Positions 37,773 to 47,813 of a stretch of 64,000 nucleotides of DNA are shown piece after piece. The notes beneath the pieces are model-generated. The model was not told where the DNA came from. It was given only the letters and a program-made list of their open reading frames with translations, and made no database searches. Origin of the DNA: Eubacteriales bacterium (GTDB taxonomy: Bacteria > Bacillota > Clostridia > Oscillospirales > CAG-272); NCBI GenBank assembly GCA_045605175.1, contig JAZUPL010000010.1, forward strand, positions 420-64,419. Direction: 5' to 3'. Within the stretch, counting starts at the first letter, position 1; the number at the start of each line of letters is the position of its first letter. A program made the position numbers and the translations under genes.

Positions 37773-40700
37773 TTATGCAACCTTCTCGATGATAAGGTCG
37801 ATAGTGTCCTCTGTAAGTGTCATTATTGCAGAGGTACAAATATTAAAGGTTACAGTCTGTCCTGCTTCAAGTGTAAACTCGTAAGGAAGATCTATAAGTT
37901 CATCGATATTAAGATTTTTGACTTCTGCATTTTCCTCACCATCAGCAGCTTTTATAACATAGGTTCCAGCCTCGGTTGCGGTGAAGGTCATATCAACACC
38001 TGCACAGTAGAGGTTTTGTACTGTTACCTTTACAGCATTATCGCCAAGAACAAGTGCGTTTGAAGGAGTTTCTTCTGCATCCTCCTTGGTAAGGACTACA
38101 TCAACGGTATCATCGCCGGAAATTGTGCAGATTATAAAGGTCACAGACTCACCCTCTGCCACGGTGAAGGAATAAGGCATAGAAATAGTCTCTGTTCCAT
38201 ATTCCCCCTCAATAAGAATAAATCCGTTGGTCTCGCCGTCTGCATAAGAAAGGACATAGTCACCTGCGGTATTAACTACCGCAGGAACACCAAAGTAATT
38301 GGCGGGAATGGCGTTTGCACCGACAACGATAGTACCATTAAAGACGCCAGGCTCTGTATCATCGGGAGTTTCTACAACCTTTTCAAGAGCCATAGGCATC
38401 ATAAACATAGGAGGTTGAACGTTCCAGTTGCCACCCATATCCATACCGAAGAAGAAGGGAACGGGATCATTTTTGGCATCCCAGATAGACAAACCGCCAA
38501 GAGAGTTAAGAGCGTATTTATAGGTGCCGGAATAACTGCCGCCATTATAATCAGCAATCTCAACAGTACCGTAGGTCTTGCCCTCTACGGGAGTGAAGTT
38601 GAAGTTCATCATAGGCATATTGGAGAAAAGTGCATTATACTCACCCTCGGGAGGAGTATTGCTGGGAAGTTCCTTGCACTCGATGGTGAAGTCAACGATA
38701 TCCTCGGTTTCGGTCATAACGTTTGCAGAGGTGGAGATACCGAAGGCAACTGTTCCACCATCTTCAACGGTAAACTCAAGGGGAAGGGTTGCTTCCTCAC
38801 CATTATACCAAACAACAAGATTTTCTTCACCCTCAGCAGGAGTAAGTACATAGGTGCCACCAACTGCGAAGTTGATTTCGATTGATTGAGCAAAATTGTT
38901 GATAATGGAAACCTTAATGCTATTATTACCAATCACAAGGTCGCCGATATCGGAGGGGTCGGTGAACTCAATGCTAATCGAGCACTCTTCAGTGCCGTTG
39001 TTTACAACGGTGATAGGATAGCCAGGATAGTAGTTGAATGCCTCGCCACTTTCAATGGGAGCACCGTTTACAAGAATGGAAACATTCTCGTTTTCCCAAG
39101 TGAAGATGTAGGGCTTCAGCTGACCAAGCGTTTCGTAGGTAACAAGAGTGTAGGTCTTGCCGGGGATAAGATTTTGTACATAGTTGGAGCCGAAGCTTGT
39201 GTAAATTTCGTAAACAACTGCCTTTGCAGTGATTGCAACCTCGGTAGCCTCTTCAACATCAGACTTAAGAAGGAAGGAAACGAAGCTGTTTGCTCCTACA
39301 ACAAAGTCGTAGTTGGAAACCCAAGTGATGTTACCCTCGCCGTCGTCAACACCGATAAGGACACCTTCGCCACCGTTTACATAGTAGGTGACGTCTTCAT
39401 CAGAAGTGTTGAAGATAGAGTTGATAACACCGTCGCTGTCAACCATACCAGTAACGGTTCCGCTATCGGTATTGATTACATAGTTGAGATTGGTTATAGT
39501 AAGGGTATCGGTAATCTCGCAGTCAACAAGTGTGGTCTCGAATGTTTCTGCGTTGTATTCCTTGGTGGTGTTGGAAACAAAGATTTCAACAGTTTCACCC
39601 GCGGTCAAGTACTTGGAGATGTAAACAGTGGAGTTTGTAGAAGCGATATATTTAACGATTGTGTCATCCCAATCCACATAAGAATCCAAATATTTAAACT
39701 GGTTGGATTCAAGGGTAAGAACGAAGGAATATACACCAGCCTCGGGAGCGGTGAAGGAAATAAGATTGTCGGTGTTGCTCTTGAAGGTAAGGTTGTTGTC
39801 ACCTGCCTGAACAACGATGGGAGCGAGTTTCTCAACAGTCCAGCTCGCGTTGTAACCTACTGCAAACTCGGTAGAAGAATCAAGATATACGCTAACGGGA
39901 GTTTCGATAATAGCACCTGCCTCGGATACATATACAGTCTGTCCCTGATAAGAGAGATATTCAAAATCGTCGCTCTCCAAAGAGATTTTATACCAACCCT
40001 TTTCGGTAGTTGTGTACTGGAGAACTACCTCCATGTTAGAGGGAAGAACATAATCGGTTGCAGCCTCGTCGATAACGATAGTAGTATCTGCCTCAACAAT
40101 GTAGTAATTGTAAACAAGTTCCTCTATTTCCTCAAATGTCCAGATAGTAGCATTGAGAGTAACTTCGCCTGCCTCCTCAACTTCAATCTCGAGAACACGC
40201 ATATAGTTAAACTCAACCTCAGGAACATCAGAATATACATAGAATTTTCCTGCTTTGGGGAAGTTAATGGTAACTTCGCCACCGTAGGTCATGTTGGCAA
40301 TAAGTTCGCTGATAACGCCCTCACCGGTTGCTATCTCGTCAACAAATACGTACTTTTCCTTGGTAAGGGTAACCTCGGAGTCTTCGTTTACAGAGGTAAC
40401 CTTGAACTTGTAGGTTGCGGTGTCGCCATCTACGGTCTTCTCAACAAATTCTGCGCCCCCGGCAAAGAGAAGGTATTTGTTAGATACGCTTGCAGTGAAA
40501 ACAAGGTCTGTACCGGTCTTTGCGGTGAGGTTTTCGGATACGGTAACGCCCTCGGGAGCGTTTACTGTAACTGTGTCACGGGTGAAAAGGGTGTAAAGAC
40601 AAGTGTCGCACTTGCCGTTATCATCCGTGTCGGTGTGGGCAGCAAAATCTGCCTTTTCTGTGGTGTGCTCACAAGTTGCGCCGTGCCAGTGACCGGTAGC

Positions 40701-40817
40701 GTCTGCCGTCCAGTTAGAAGCAAAGGCGTGCTCGTGAGGAGGTGTGGGTGTGCCGCAAGATGCAAGTATGAAGGAAAGCAACATTGCGACTAAAACCAAA
40801 GTAGCAATTTTTTTCAT
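37773..40817 (-). CDS. Large surface lipoprotein with N-terminal His/Cys + DxDxDG-like motif and three C-terminal ~90-aa repeats
   Basis: 1014 aa. Lipobox MKKIATLVLVAMLLSFILASCG, then HEHAFASNWTADATGHWHGATCEHT...HTDTDDNGKCDTC. Three C-terminal repeats start LVIGNNSIKV, IVVGANAIPA and LVLGDNAVKV, each with ...G.Y.L...GEEN...F.V..G.TV.F. AGGAGG RBS, 35 nt after the upstream gene. Confidence 0.75.
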   Translation of the reverse strand: MKKIATLVLVAMLLSFILASCGTPTPPHEHAFASNWTADATGHWHGATCEHTTEKADFAAHTDTDDNGKCDTCLYTLFTRDTVTVNAPEGVTVSENLTAKTGTDLVFTASVSNKYLLFAGGAEFVEKTVDGDTATYKFKVTSVNEDSEVTLTKEKYVFVDEIATGEGVISELIANMTYGGEVTINFPKAGKFYVYSDVPEVEFNYMRVLEIEVEEAGEVTLNATIWTFEEIEELVYNYYIVEADTTIVIDEAATDYVLPSNMEVVLQYTTTEKGWYKISLESDDFEYLSYQGQTVYVSEAGAIIETPVSVYLDSSTEFAVGYNASWTVEKLAPIVVQAGDNNLTFKSNTDNLISFTAPEAGVYSFVLTLESNQFKYLDSYVDWDDTIVKYIASTNSTVYISKYLTAGETVEIFVSNTTKEYNAETFETTLVDCEITDTLTITNLNYVINTDSGTVTGMVDSDGVINSIFNTSDEDVTYYVNGGEGVLIGVDDGEGNITWVSNYDFVVGANSFVSFLLKSDVEEATEVAITAKAVVYEIYTSFGSNYVQNLIPGKTYTLVTYETLGQLKPYIFTWENENVSILVNGAPIESGEAFNYYPGYPITVVNNGTEECSISIEFTDPSDIGDLVIGNNSIKVSIINNFAQSIEINFAVGGTYVLTPAEGEENLVVWYNGEEATLPLEFTVEDGGTVAFGISTSANVMTETEDIVDFTIECKELPSNTPPEGEYNALFSNMPMMNFNFTPVEGKTYGTVEIADYNGGSYSGTYKYALNSLGGLSIWDAKNDPVPFFFGMDMGGNWNVQPPMFMMPMALEKVVETPDDTEPGVFNGTIVVGANAIPANYFGVPAVVNTAGDYVLSYADGETNGFILIEGEYGTETISMPYSFTVAEGESVTFIICTISGDDTVDVVLTKEDAEETPSNALVLGDNAVKVTVQNLYCAGVDMTFTATEAGTYVIKAADGEENAEVKNLNIDELIDLPYEFTLEAGQTVTFNICTSAIMTLTEDTIDLIIEKVA

Positions 40818-40852
40818 AATAGCCTCCTATATATTTTTTTGGTTTTTCAAGT

Positions 40853-42427
40853 TTAGGTGCTACTCTTTACATAGTAGCCACAGGCGAATAGCCATTGGTC
40901 GTCTTCACCTGCGTGGTAGGGGGGATCGGATTTAAGTTCTGCCCAGCCGTTGCCGTCCATAAAGTATCTCTGCGAAACGGCAAACTTCTGTAGGAAGTCC
41001 TTAAGTTCCTCGGTTACAGGACAGAGTCCGTCGGTATTTGCAACACCTGCATAACCAACGCATCCTATTGCCTCGGCGGGCACCTTTCTACACTCGTCAA
41101 GACAACGGGTACAGGTCAAGGGGCATCCACCGTCACAGACACCACTGGTTCGACAGGGGCAATTCCTGTTGCAAAGATAGGGTCCTGTGGTTGCCTGGGG
41201 GTTGGTTTCGAGGGGATCTACTGTTAAGGGATAGTAGCCCTCTATAAACAGTTTATAATTTTGGGTGCCGTTTTCCACCGTCAAAGCCTTGTTTCCTGCC
41301 GCCTCTATGAAATTAAAGGGGGCGTCGGTAAAGGATGTGGGGGAGGTGATATGGGCGTAAAGAATAGGTCCAAAACCATTTGTTTCGGGGTAGGCTTCGG
41401 CATCATAGACGTGATAGAAGCCTGTATCGGGATTTAGTTTATAAAAATCGTCCTCAAAGATGTTTTGTCCTCCTATGTTCTTCTCTGCCCCGACAAATAC
41501 GTAGTCGTCACCGTACTCGTGGCCGGGTTTGTAACCCGTCACCTTGTCAAGTTCGGTGGGGACTATGATATCCGAGGGGATACCCGTCGAATCATACTCG
41601 CCCTCATAGGTAAGGCAGAAGTCAACATATACAGGATAGTCGCCGTCGGTGATATCCGCCTTGATACCGTAGGCGTAAACGACTCCACCACCAGAGGCGG
41701 AAAGGTTGGAATCGTCAACATAGACCTGGTATTTGAAGTTGGAGGTAAAGCCCGAACTTCCACCGTCAACAATGATGGGTGTGGGATTTTTCCAGGCAGC
41801 CGATCCCTCGTGGATATGTAGAATAGGGTTTACGTTATTGTAGTTTACATCAACCCAAGACTCTACCGAATATGTACCACTCGCGGTGGGGGCAAACTGA
41901 TAATAGACCACCTGCCCTGCCTTTTTAATAGTGGCACGGTAAACACCCGGACGAGTTATTTCTATAATGTTTTGATACATATTAGAACCCGTCTTCTTGC
42001 CCGTGTCTATTATCTTATAAATCTGGATCTTCACGTTCCTTTGGTCATTGGTCGCCAAGGTCTGGTTGGGGTTGTAGGTATAGCCCTCGGGCAGGTTCAA
42101 AAGCGTGACGGCAAAGTCACCGTCAAGTCCCTTTACCTCTGCCCTTCCCTCTCTGTCAATTTCTGAGGTGTAGAAGGTGTAACCGTCCGACCACTGTGCC
42201 CGTGTTACCGTGTTTTCGTAGTCGGCAGGAATAAACGGTGTACCGTTGTATTCAAGTTCAACAGTAAAGGTGTATCCCTCGGTGGTGTTTCCTCCACCTT
42301 CGCCCGTCGGCGGGTTTGTTTGACCACCACCGTTTCCGTGGTCGGGGTGTGGAGTCTGTACCGTAGCACAGGAAAAGAGAGCAAAACACAGCAAAAGCGA
42401 GAGAATATTAAATAGTATCTTCTTCAT
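40853..42427 (-). CDS. Surface lipoprotein, paralogue family with Cys-rich segment and C-terminal CPVTEELK...WLxxCxYY motif
   Basis: ORF 40853..42481. ATG 42427 follows AAGGAG, which directly follows the upstream stop. Lipobox MKKILFNILSLLLCFALFSCA. It has an Ig-like N-terminal domain (YTFTVELEYNG...LLNLPEGYTY) and a Cys-rich stretch CNRNCPCRTSGVCDGGCPLTCTRCLDEC. The C-terminus reads GLCPVTEELKDFLQKF...DDQWLFACGYYV. Confidence 0.75.
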   Translation of the reverse strand: MKKILFNILSLLLCFALFSCATVQTPHPDHGNGGGQTNPPTGEGGGNTTEGYTFTVELEYNGTPFIPADYENTVTRAQWSDGYTFYTSEIDREGRAEVKGLDGDFAVTLLNLPEGYTYNPNQTLATNDQRNVKIQIYKIIDTGKKTGSNMYQNIIEITRPGVYRATIKKAGQVVYYQFAPTASGTYSVESWVDVNYNNVNPILHIHEGSAAWKNPTPIIVDGGSSGFTSNFKYQVYVDDSNLSASGGGVVYAYGIKADITDGDYPVYVDFCLTYEGEYDSTGIPSDIIVPTELDKVTGYKPGHEYGDDYVFVGAEKNIGGQNIFEDDFYKLNPDTGFYHVYDAEAYPETNGFGPILYAHITSPTSFTDAPFNFIEAAGNKALTVENGTQNYKLFIEGYYPLTVDPLETNPQATTGPYLCNRNCPCRTSGVCDGGCPLTCTRCLDECRKVPAEAIGCVGYAGVANTDGLCPVTEELKDFLQKFAVSQRYFMDGNGWAELKSDPPYHAGEDDQWLFACGYYVKSST

Positions 42428-42438
42428 TTTTTCTCCTT

Positions 42439-45072
42439 TCAAACTCTCTTTTTCCTGAACAGTGTGGCTATGTCTGCCCATTTTACCTTGCGTATTATGA
42501 CGTCAACTACAAAGAGAATGACTGTCAGGACAAACAGGGGTACGGTAAAATCGACAACATAGGTAGTCAGGCTGTCGGTATCATACTCGTATGTGGGAAT
42601 TTCGCCCTCGGTTATCTGTCCACGATTCTTTATTGCTCTATACAAGAGGGTGGGCGAATAGGTGGCAAAACTGTCGTGCTCTGTGTGATATGAGAGGTGG
42701 ACAAATCTCTGTGCCTCGTAGGTCTTGTCAGAATAGGAATAGGTCAAATGAATAGTGTAATTACCAATATCCGAAAGTTCAAATCTATAAAAATATTTAG
42801 TTGAGTCAAAGGTAAGGGGATATTCAAACTCCTCGCCCGTGGGGGTGGGCAACTTCAATATTGCCACAGCATCAGGCTTTAGTGTGGCGGGGATAAGTTC
42901 CACAAGAGCACTCGTGCCCTCGCCGGTAATATTAAGGTCAAAGGGAACGTCTATCTTCTCCTGGGGAATAGTTTCTTTGGCTATATTTGAGAAGAAGTTA
43001 GCACCCTCGCCCTCTTGCCATAGCGACACCCAGTCGCCACTCAATGAGGAGGTAAACACCGCCACCTTGCCGTTTCCGTAATCCGAATGGGCATATAGAG
43101 GCACTTCGACAACACCTCCACCCGCCTTTACATAATCGACGGTCAATACCACGGTGGCATTGTTCTTGGCTTTCGTATTCACAAAGCCAAAGACGTTAGG
43201 CAGGATTAATATTCCATCTACGGTGGCGTCACTCAGACGCTTTATGTGGACTTGGCTCTCTTTCTCAATAACGCTCTCGGTCAAGTCGTCTGCTATCTCG
43301 GAGGAGAACTGGTCCTCGAAACTTTCGGCACTTTCGATATAGTAGTAATTACCACCACCTGCCTCGGCGATGCTTTCCATCATCAATATGGCATCGTCTT
43401 CCTTGCTGTAAACGTTTATAGTAGAAACGGTGATACCGCCAGCAAGCATATTTCGTGCCGTGCCTACCGCTCCGTCCTCCTCGGAGGTCTTTATGTATGA
43501 CAGACCGTCGGAGATAAGCACGACCTCTTTATCACTGTAATCAAGGTCCACCATAAACTCGTAGGCTCTATCCATAGCAGAGCCAATAAGCGTACCCTGA
43601 TAAGGCTCGAGGGCATCTATTTTTGAAGCAAGTTCCCCTCGATTTGCTGCCTCTGTTGGCAGGGAAACCGTATATTGCTCTCCCCAGAAGGCTATTATAG
43701 CCACCTTGTCGTCATCCTCAAGGATGTTAAGCAGCGATTTTGCCGCGTCCTTGGCAATTTTCATTCGATAGGCAAGTTCCATACTGCGGGACATATCTAT
43801 AAGAATAGTCATCAGTTTGGTGTCCTTTTTATCGTTGCCAAAGGATACGGGAAGCATATTTTGTAGGTTTACAAGTACGTCATCGGTCTTGTTTTGTATA
43901 TTGTTGTTACCAAAGGTTACAAGGCTCTTGCCAAATAGCGAAACAACCTTGTCAACGCTATTAACAAAAGAGGTGTAGTTTGTAAGTTCACGAACGTCCA
44001 CGTCCGAGATAAGTATTTCGTCATACTTTGAAAGGGCCTCTACGGTATATGGAACGTCCTTGCCACCCTTTTTGTTTATGTTATAGACGTCTATGGTGGC
44101 ATTCTCGCCAAACATTCTGCGTGCCGCGTCGCTATCGCTTGCGTGGGATGTGACAAGCAATACCGACAAATCACCCGACACGCTCTGGGTAAAGGAAAGC
44201 GAATTGTTATAGAGCGATTTGTCCTCCTCGGCACTTACTGACACGGTGTATAAAAAGTCGCCGTCGGTGTCGGTGGGGAGGGTAAAACTCTCAAGGTTAA
44301 AGCCCCTTGTGAGATTAGCGGTGCGCACCTCAAGTTCTTCCTCACCCAGCGAGAGGGTTATTATACATCTGCCGGAATAATTTGACATCAAGAGCACTTC
44401 GGCAACCGACTCGTGTCCTCGATATGTCGCTTCGGTATAGTCAACCGAGGAAACCTGGACCTCTTTATCATCTTCGCCGATATTGCTATCAAGGTAGATA
44501 GCATCAAGGGTCACTCCCGAAGCAAACAGGTTATCCACCGTGCGGACAAGTGCTGAATCCTGTCCTGTGGCATTCTGCCCTGCGTCGGTGATAAGGATTA
44601 TTCTCTTTATAGAATTTTCGGAGAAGAGTTCGGAGGCATATTTTAGTGCCGAATTAATATCGGTGGAGGTGCCGTCCACGGCAGAGTGGCGAACGCTTCT
44701 GATATTTTCGTCAAAGCCACAAAGCAGCTCACTGTCCCTGCCAAATGTGACCACCGCCAAGCCGGAATTTCCTATCAAGGAATCCTTGATGTCCTGAACG
44801 TATCCGTCTATCTTATCAGAGTGAGTTTTTGCAGAATCCGAGGTATCTGCCAATACTATAACCTCGGTCCTCGTTATGACACTTGTAAACACCGTACCCG
44901 CCATAGCGAGGGTGACACAAAGCACCATACAAATATGAATTATAAAGGATGTTACGGTAGCACGTGAACGGTTATCCCGTCTTACGGCGATGATGTACGG
45001 AATAACAACCGCAAGAAGAAGCGGTATGGCTACAAGGAGCAGAATTGGATTATCGAAGTTGATACTTTTCAT
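42439..45072 (-). CDS. Membrane protein with BatA_N-type N-terminus and two vWA domains
   Basis: ORF 42439..45117 (TTG). The ATG at 45072 gives MKSINFDNPILLLVAIPLLLAVVIPYII (BatA_N-like). MIDAS-type DxSxS motifs are LADTSDSA and LIDMSRSM. C-terminal TM PLFVLTVILFVVDVII. Confidence 0.8.
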   Translation of the reverse strand: MKSINFDNPILLLVAIPLLLAVVIPYIIAVRRDNRSRATVTSFIIHICMVLCVTLAMAGTVFTSVITRTEVIVLADTSDSAKTHSDKIDGYVQDIKDSLIGNSGLAVVTFGRDSELLCGFDENIRSVRHSAVDGTSTDINSALKYASELFSENSIKRIILITDAGQNATGQDSALVRTVDNLFASGVTLDAIYLDSNIGEDDKEVQVSSVDYTEATYRGHESVAEVLLMSNYSGRCIITLSLGEEELEVRTANLTRGFNLESFTLPTDTDGDFLYTVSVSAEEDKSLYNNSLSFTQSVSGDLSVLLVTSHASDSDAARRMFGENATIDVYNINKKGGKDVPYTVEALSKYDEILISDVDVRELTNYTSFVNSVDKVVSLFGKSLVTFGNNNIQNKTDDVLVNLQNMLPVSFGNDKKDTKLMTILIDMSRSMELAYRMKIAKDAAKSLLNILEDDDKVAIIAFWGEQYTVSLPTEAANRGELASKIDALEPYQGTLIGSAMDRAYEFMVDLDYSDKEVVLISDGLSYIKTSEEDGAVGTARNMLAGGITVSTINVYSKEDDAILMMESIAEAGGGNYYYIESAESFEDQFSSEIADDLTESVIEKESQVHIKRLSDATVDGILILPNVFGFVNTKAKNNATVVLTVDYVKAGGGVVEVPLYAHSDYGNGKVAVFTSSLSGDWVSLWQEGEGANFFSNIAKETIPQEKIDVPFDLNITGEGTSALVELIPATLKPDAVAILKLPTPTGEEFEYPLTFDSTKYFYRFELSDIGNYTIHLTYSYSDKTYEAQRFVHLSYHTEHDSFATYSPTLLYRAIKNRGQITEGEIPTYEYDTDSLTTYVVDFTVPLFVLTVILFVVDVIIRKVKWADIATLFRKKRV

Positions 45073-46918
45073 AGCAATATACCATCCAATCCAGCGAGAA
45101 TAACAGGGCGAGTGCAATAAACAGAATAGTCAGGTTATCAAGCACTCCGTCAATCCCCCCCTCGTCTGCCTGTCCGACAAGACTAACCTCGCCACCCTCG
45201 GTATAGGGCGATCGCTCGGCTATCGGGAAGGAGGAGAAAATGAAGTAGTCACGCTCGTTACCCGCCGTGGTAACGGTGACTTTATATATACCTGCCTCGG
45301 TGAGTCTGTGCTCTGCCGTGGCGGAGGTAACATCAAGATAGGTCGAGTTGCCAAGAGGACTCTCGACAACTATGCTCTCGCAACCTGATATTACATTGAC
45401 GGTGAGGGTGTCACCGGTGGTGTAGTCGGTCTTCTCAAGCACGGTGGGGAAAGAAAACTCAACAAGGTTGCGTGTAAGGACTACAAAATCGTAGAGCATA
45501 GGGAAATTCGACTTTTGCAGGTCGAAGGCAAACACCACCTCACGATTGCCGTAATCGTTAGTTCCTGTGAAAACAACGGGGTTGCCCTTATGCTCAAGCA
45601 GAGTATAGAAGTTGTCATAAAGGCTACACTTTATAAACTCGGTTAGATAGATATCCTTGCCGTTCATTTCACGAAGAAGATTTTTTACCGTGGTGGCAGA
45701 GGAAGTAGAGAGAGATATCTCCATAGCGTCCTCAGGAGAATATGCGTCCTGAACCGAGAAGCCAGAGCCAGAAAGACTGTCAGTGGGGTTGAAGAACCAA
45801 ACCGCACCGTTTTTCGGCATTGACGAGGGCGTAAAGCCGTCAAAAATGTAAAGGTCGTAGCCGCTCTGCTCCTTGTAGGAGTTGGTGGGAATACAATCGA
45901 CGAAAATATGTCCGCTGACTGCGGTGATTGCGGTTTTAATATAGAAAGGATCGTTGCTGACAAGAAGAGCACGATAGGAGTTTGCGGAGTCCACGTTGTA
46001 GAGTATAACCTCGTTGTCCTCCAAAAGCGAGTCTTCTCTCTCTATACGCACCCTTACCGAATGGAACTCTTCTTTTTCCACTCTTAACTCAAAGGGCACT
46101 TTTTCGCCCTCAATAAGCGTTACTTCAAGTGTGGTGTCAGGCTCTCTTTCGCTATTTGCGTCCTGGACGGTGGGATAGACGGTGAGCGAGAGGGTGACAG
46201 TTCCCTCCTCCCCATAGGACATAATTTCGCCAAAGACGCTAACACTATTACCTCGAACCGTGTAATAAGCACCCTCGATAGCAAGATTGCTCTCGTCCAA
46301 GGCGGGATTTATGTGGTTTATACCCTGCCCTACCTGATAATTTACATCGCTGACAAGATAGGTTATAACCGATGGGTTTGTATTAAAGTAGCCCTGGGCT
46401 ATTCCTATGGCATCGGTTATTTCAACAGTGCTATGCTCTGTGCCAATTCTATCGAGCAAGAGAAGTGCCTCCTCCTTGTCGGTGAGTGCCTCAAATACAA
46501 CCTCGGTAGAGTCCGCCGCGTGGATAAGAGTATATGTGCTTCCCTCGGTGGCATCGTCAATTATTTCGGCAATTCTGTCCTTGCCTATCTCAAATCGGGT
46601 TTGTTCGCCCTCTCCCATATTCATGCTGCCTGAGCCGTCAAGTATAAAGCAATATTCGTGTGCCTGCCCAGGAAGAATTATGATAGGGTGGGCAATTGAT
46701 AGGGAAATGGCTGCAACAAGCAATAGTTGCAAAATGAGCGAGATAATTCCCGACAGACGGCTCAAGGGATTTCTACGCTTTAAGAACTTCTCGCTAAGCG
46801 TCCACAGATAAGTAGTGGGGATAACCTGCTCGGTGAATTTGTTTTTAAGAATATAGACCAAAATAAGCACCGGAATGCCTATAAGTCCAAGCAAGCCTAA
46901 AGGATAAAGAAAGGTCAT
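45050..46918 (-). CDS. BatA_N-domain membrane protein with one vWA-like domain
   Basis: 622 aa. MTFLYPLGLLGLIGIPVLILVYILK (aerotolerance-regulator N-terminal motif), a second TM, MIDAS-like ILDGSGSMN, and C-terminal TM LTILFIALALLFSLDWMVY. ATGA overlap with the DUF58 stop. Confidence 0.8.
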   Translation of the reverse strand: MTFLYPLGLLGLIGIPVLILVYILKNKFTEQVIPTTYLWTLSEKFLKRRNPLSRLSGIISLILQLLLVAAISLSIAHPIIILPGQAHEYCFILDGSGSMNMGEGEQTRFEIGKDRIAEIIDDATEGSTYTLIHAADSTEVVFEALTDKEEALLLLDRIGTEHSTVEITDAIGIAQGYFNTNPSVITYLVSDVNYQVGQGINHINPALDESNLAIEGAYYTVRGNSVSVFGEIMSYGEEGTVTLSLTVYPTVQDANSEREPDTTLEVTLIEGEKVPFELRVEKEEFHSVRVRIEREDSLLEDNEVILYNVDSANSYRALLVSNDPFYIKTAITAVSGHIFVDCIPTNSYKEQSGYDLYIFDGFTPSSMPKNGAVWFFNPTDSLSGSGFSVQDAYSPEDAMEISLSTSSATTVKNLLREMNGKDIYLTEFIKCSLYDNFYTLLEHKGNPVVFTGTNDYGNREVVFAFDLQKSNFPMLYDFVVLTRNLVEFSFPTVLEKTDYTTGDTLTVNVISGCESIVVESPLGNSTYLDVTSATAEHRLTEAGIYKVTVTTAGNERDYFIFSSFPIAERSPYTEGGEVSLVGQADEGGIDGVLDNLTILFIALALLFSLDWMVYCYEKYQLR

Positions 46919-47802
46919 TTCAGCACCTCCCTCTCGGTGAGCGAGCCGAAGAACACCTCAAACAGTTCGTCCTCTGCCGTCACTAATTGATAGGTTGCAC
47001 CTCTTGCCTCGCAATATCCTCTGATACGCCCCTTGACGTATTCGAGGGCACTCTTGTATGCCGCCGTGATGTCGCCGTCGATATCCTTCCTGTACTCCTT
47101 TGTTATATCCTCGGAGTCGAAGAAATGATATTTACCGCGGAACTGGGGCTTTTGCTCCTCGCGTGAGAGTATTTGAAGACAGAGAAGATCCCTGCGTTTA
47201 GTTACAAGGTGGTCTATCGCCGTTTCATAATCGCTGTCGGTGAGGAAGTCGGAGATTACAACCGAAAGTCCGTCACCGTATCCCACCGAGGTGGGTAATA
47301 TGGCATCGGATATGGCACATTCGCCGTCAAACTCGACACCGTTCAAAAGACCTATGGAGTTTATATAAGAGTCCTTGCCTATCATACCGGATATGACTTC
47401 CTGCACCTCATTACCCTTTATGGTATAAATAGAAACCTTATCCATCTCGCATATAGAGATGTAGGCGAGGGCGGCGGCAATCTTCACTGCCTGCTCTGCC
47501 TTCTTGCCGTCACCGTATTCCATTGAACGACTGGCATCTATGTATATTCTTGTGTGCATCTGTCTTTCGTCAAGATAGAGTTTTACATAAAGTCTGTCAA
47601 ATCTTGCAAAGGCATTCCAATCTATCCTGTCGGTGTCATCTCCCGCCATATAGTCACGATAATCGGCAAACTCGCAGGACGAGCCGTAACTCTTACTTCG
47701 TCTGTTGCCGCCAAAGACACCTGCTATATTGTTGCAGATTACCGTTTGTAGGCTCTCAATCTTCGCAATAAACTCCTCGTCTATTACAAATTTATTTCTC
47801 AT
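46915..47802 (-). CDS. DUF58 domain protein (MoxR partner)
   Basis: 295 aa. SCEFADYRDYMAGDDTDRIDWNAFARFDRLYVKLY is the DUF58 signature, and the vWA-like IDASRSM follows. Confidence 0.88.
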   Translation of the reverse strand: MRNKFVIDEEFIAKIESLQTVICNNIAGVFGGNRRSKSYGSSCEFADYRDYMAGDDTDRIDWNAFARFDRLYVKLYLDERQMHTRIYIDASRSMEYGDGKKAEQAVKIAAALAYISICEMDKVSIYTIKGNEVQEVISGMIGKDSYINSIGLLNGVEFDGECAISDAILPTSVGYGDGLSVVISDFLTDSDYETAIDHLVTKRRDLLCLQILSREEQKPQFRGKYHFFDSEDITKEYRKDIDGDITAAYKSALEYVKGRIRGYCEARGATYQLVTAEDELFEVFFGSLTEREVLK

Positions 47803-47813
47803 ATATAGAAGAA

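Noticed and set aside
38886-40793. Very long antisense ORFs with no stop codons, opposite real genes. Examples: 635 aa at 38886..40793, 369 aa at 16786..17895, 340 aa at 19461..20483, 338 aa at 26544..27560, 294 aa at 47865..48749, 316 aa at 62053..63003, 235 aa at 18711..19418 and 251 aa at 15841..16596.
   Set aside because: Every one of them is in exact codon register with the sense gene (the coordinate offsets are multiples of 3). Their stop codons could therefore only arise from sense TTA/CTA/TCA codons, which this genome evidently avoids. Their products are low-complexity (V/G/L/I/K-rich) and lack RBSs, while the sense genes carry unmistakable family motifs. They are codon-bias shadows, not overlapping genes.
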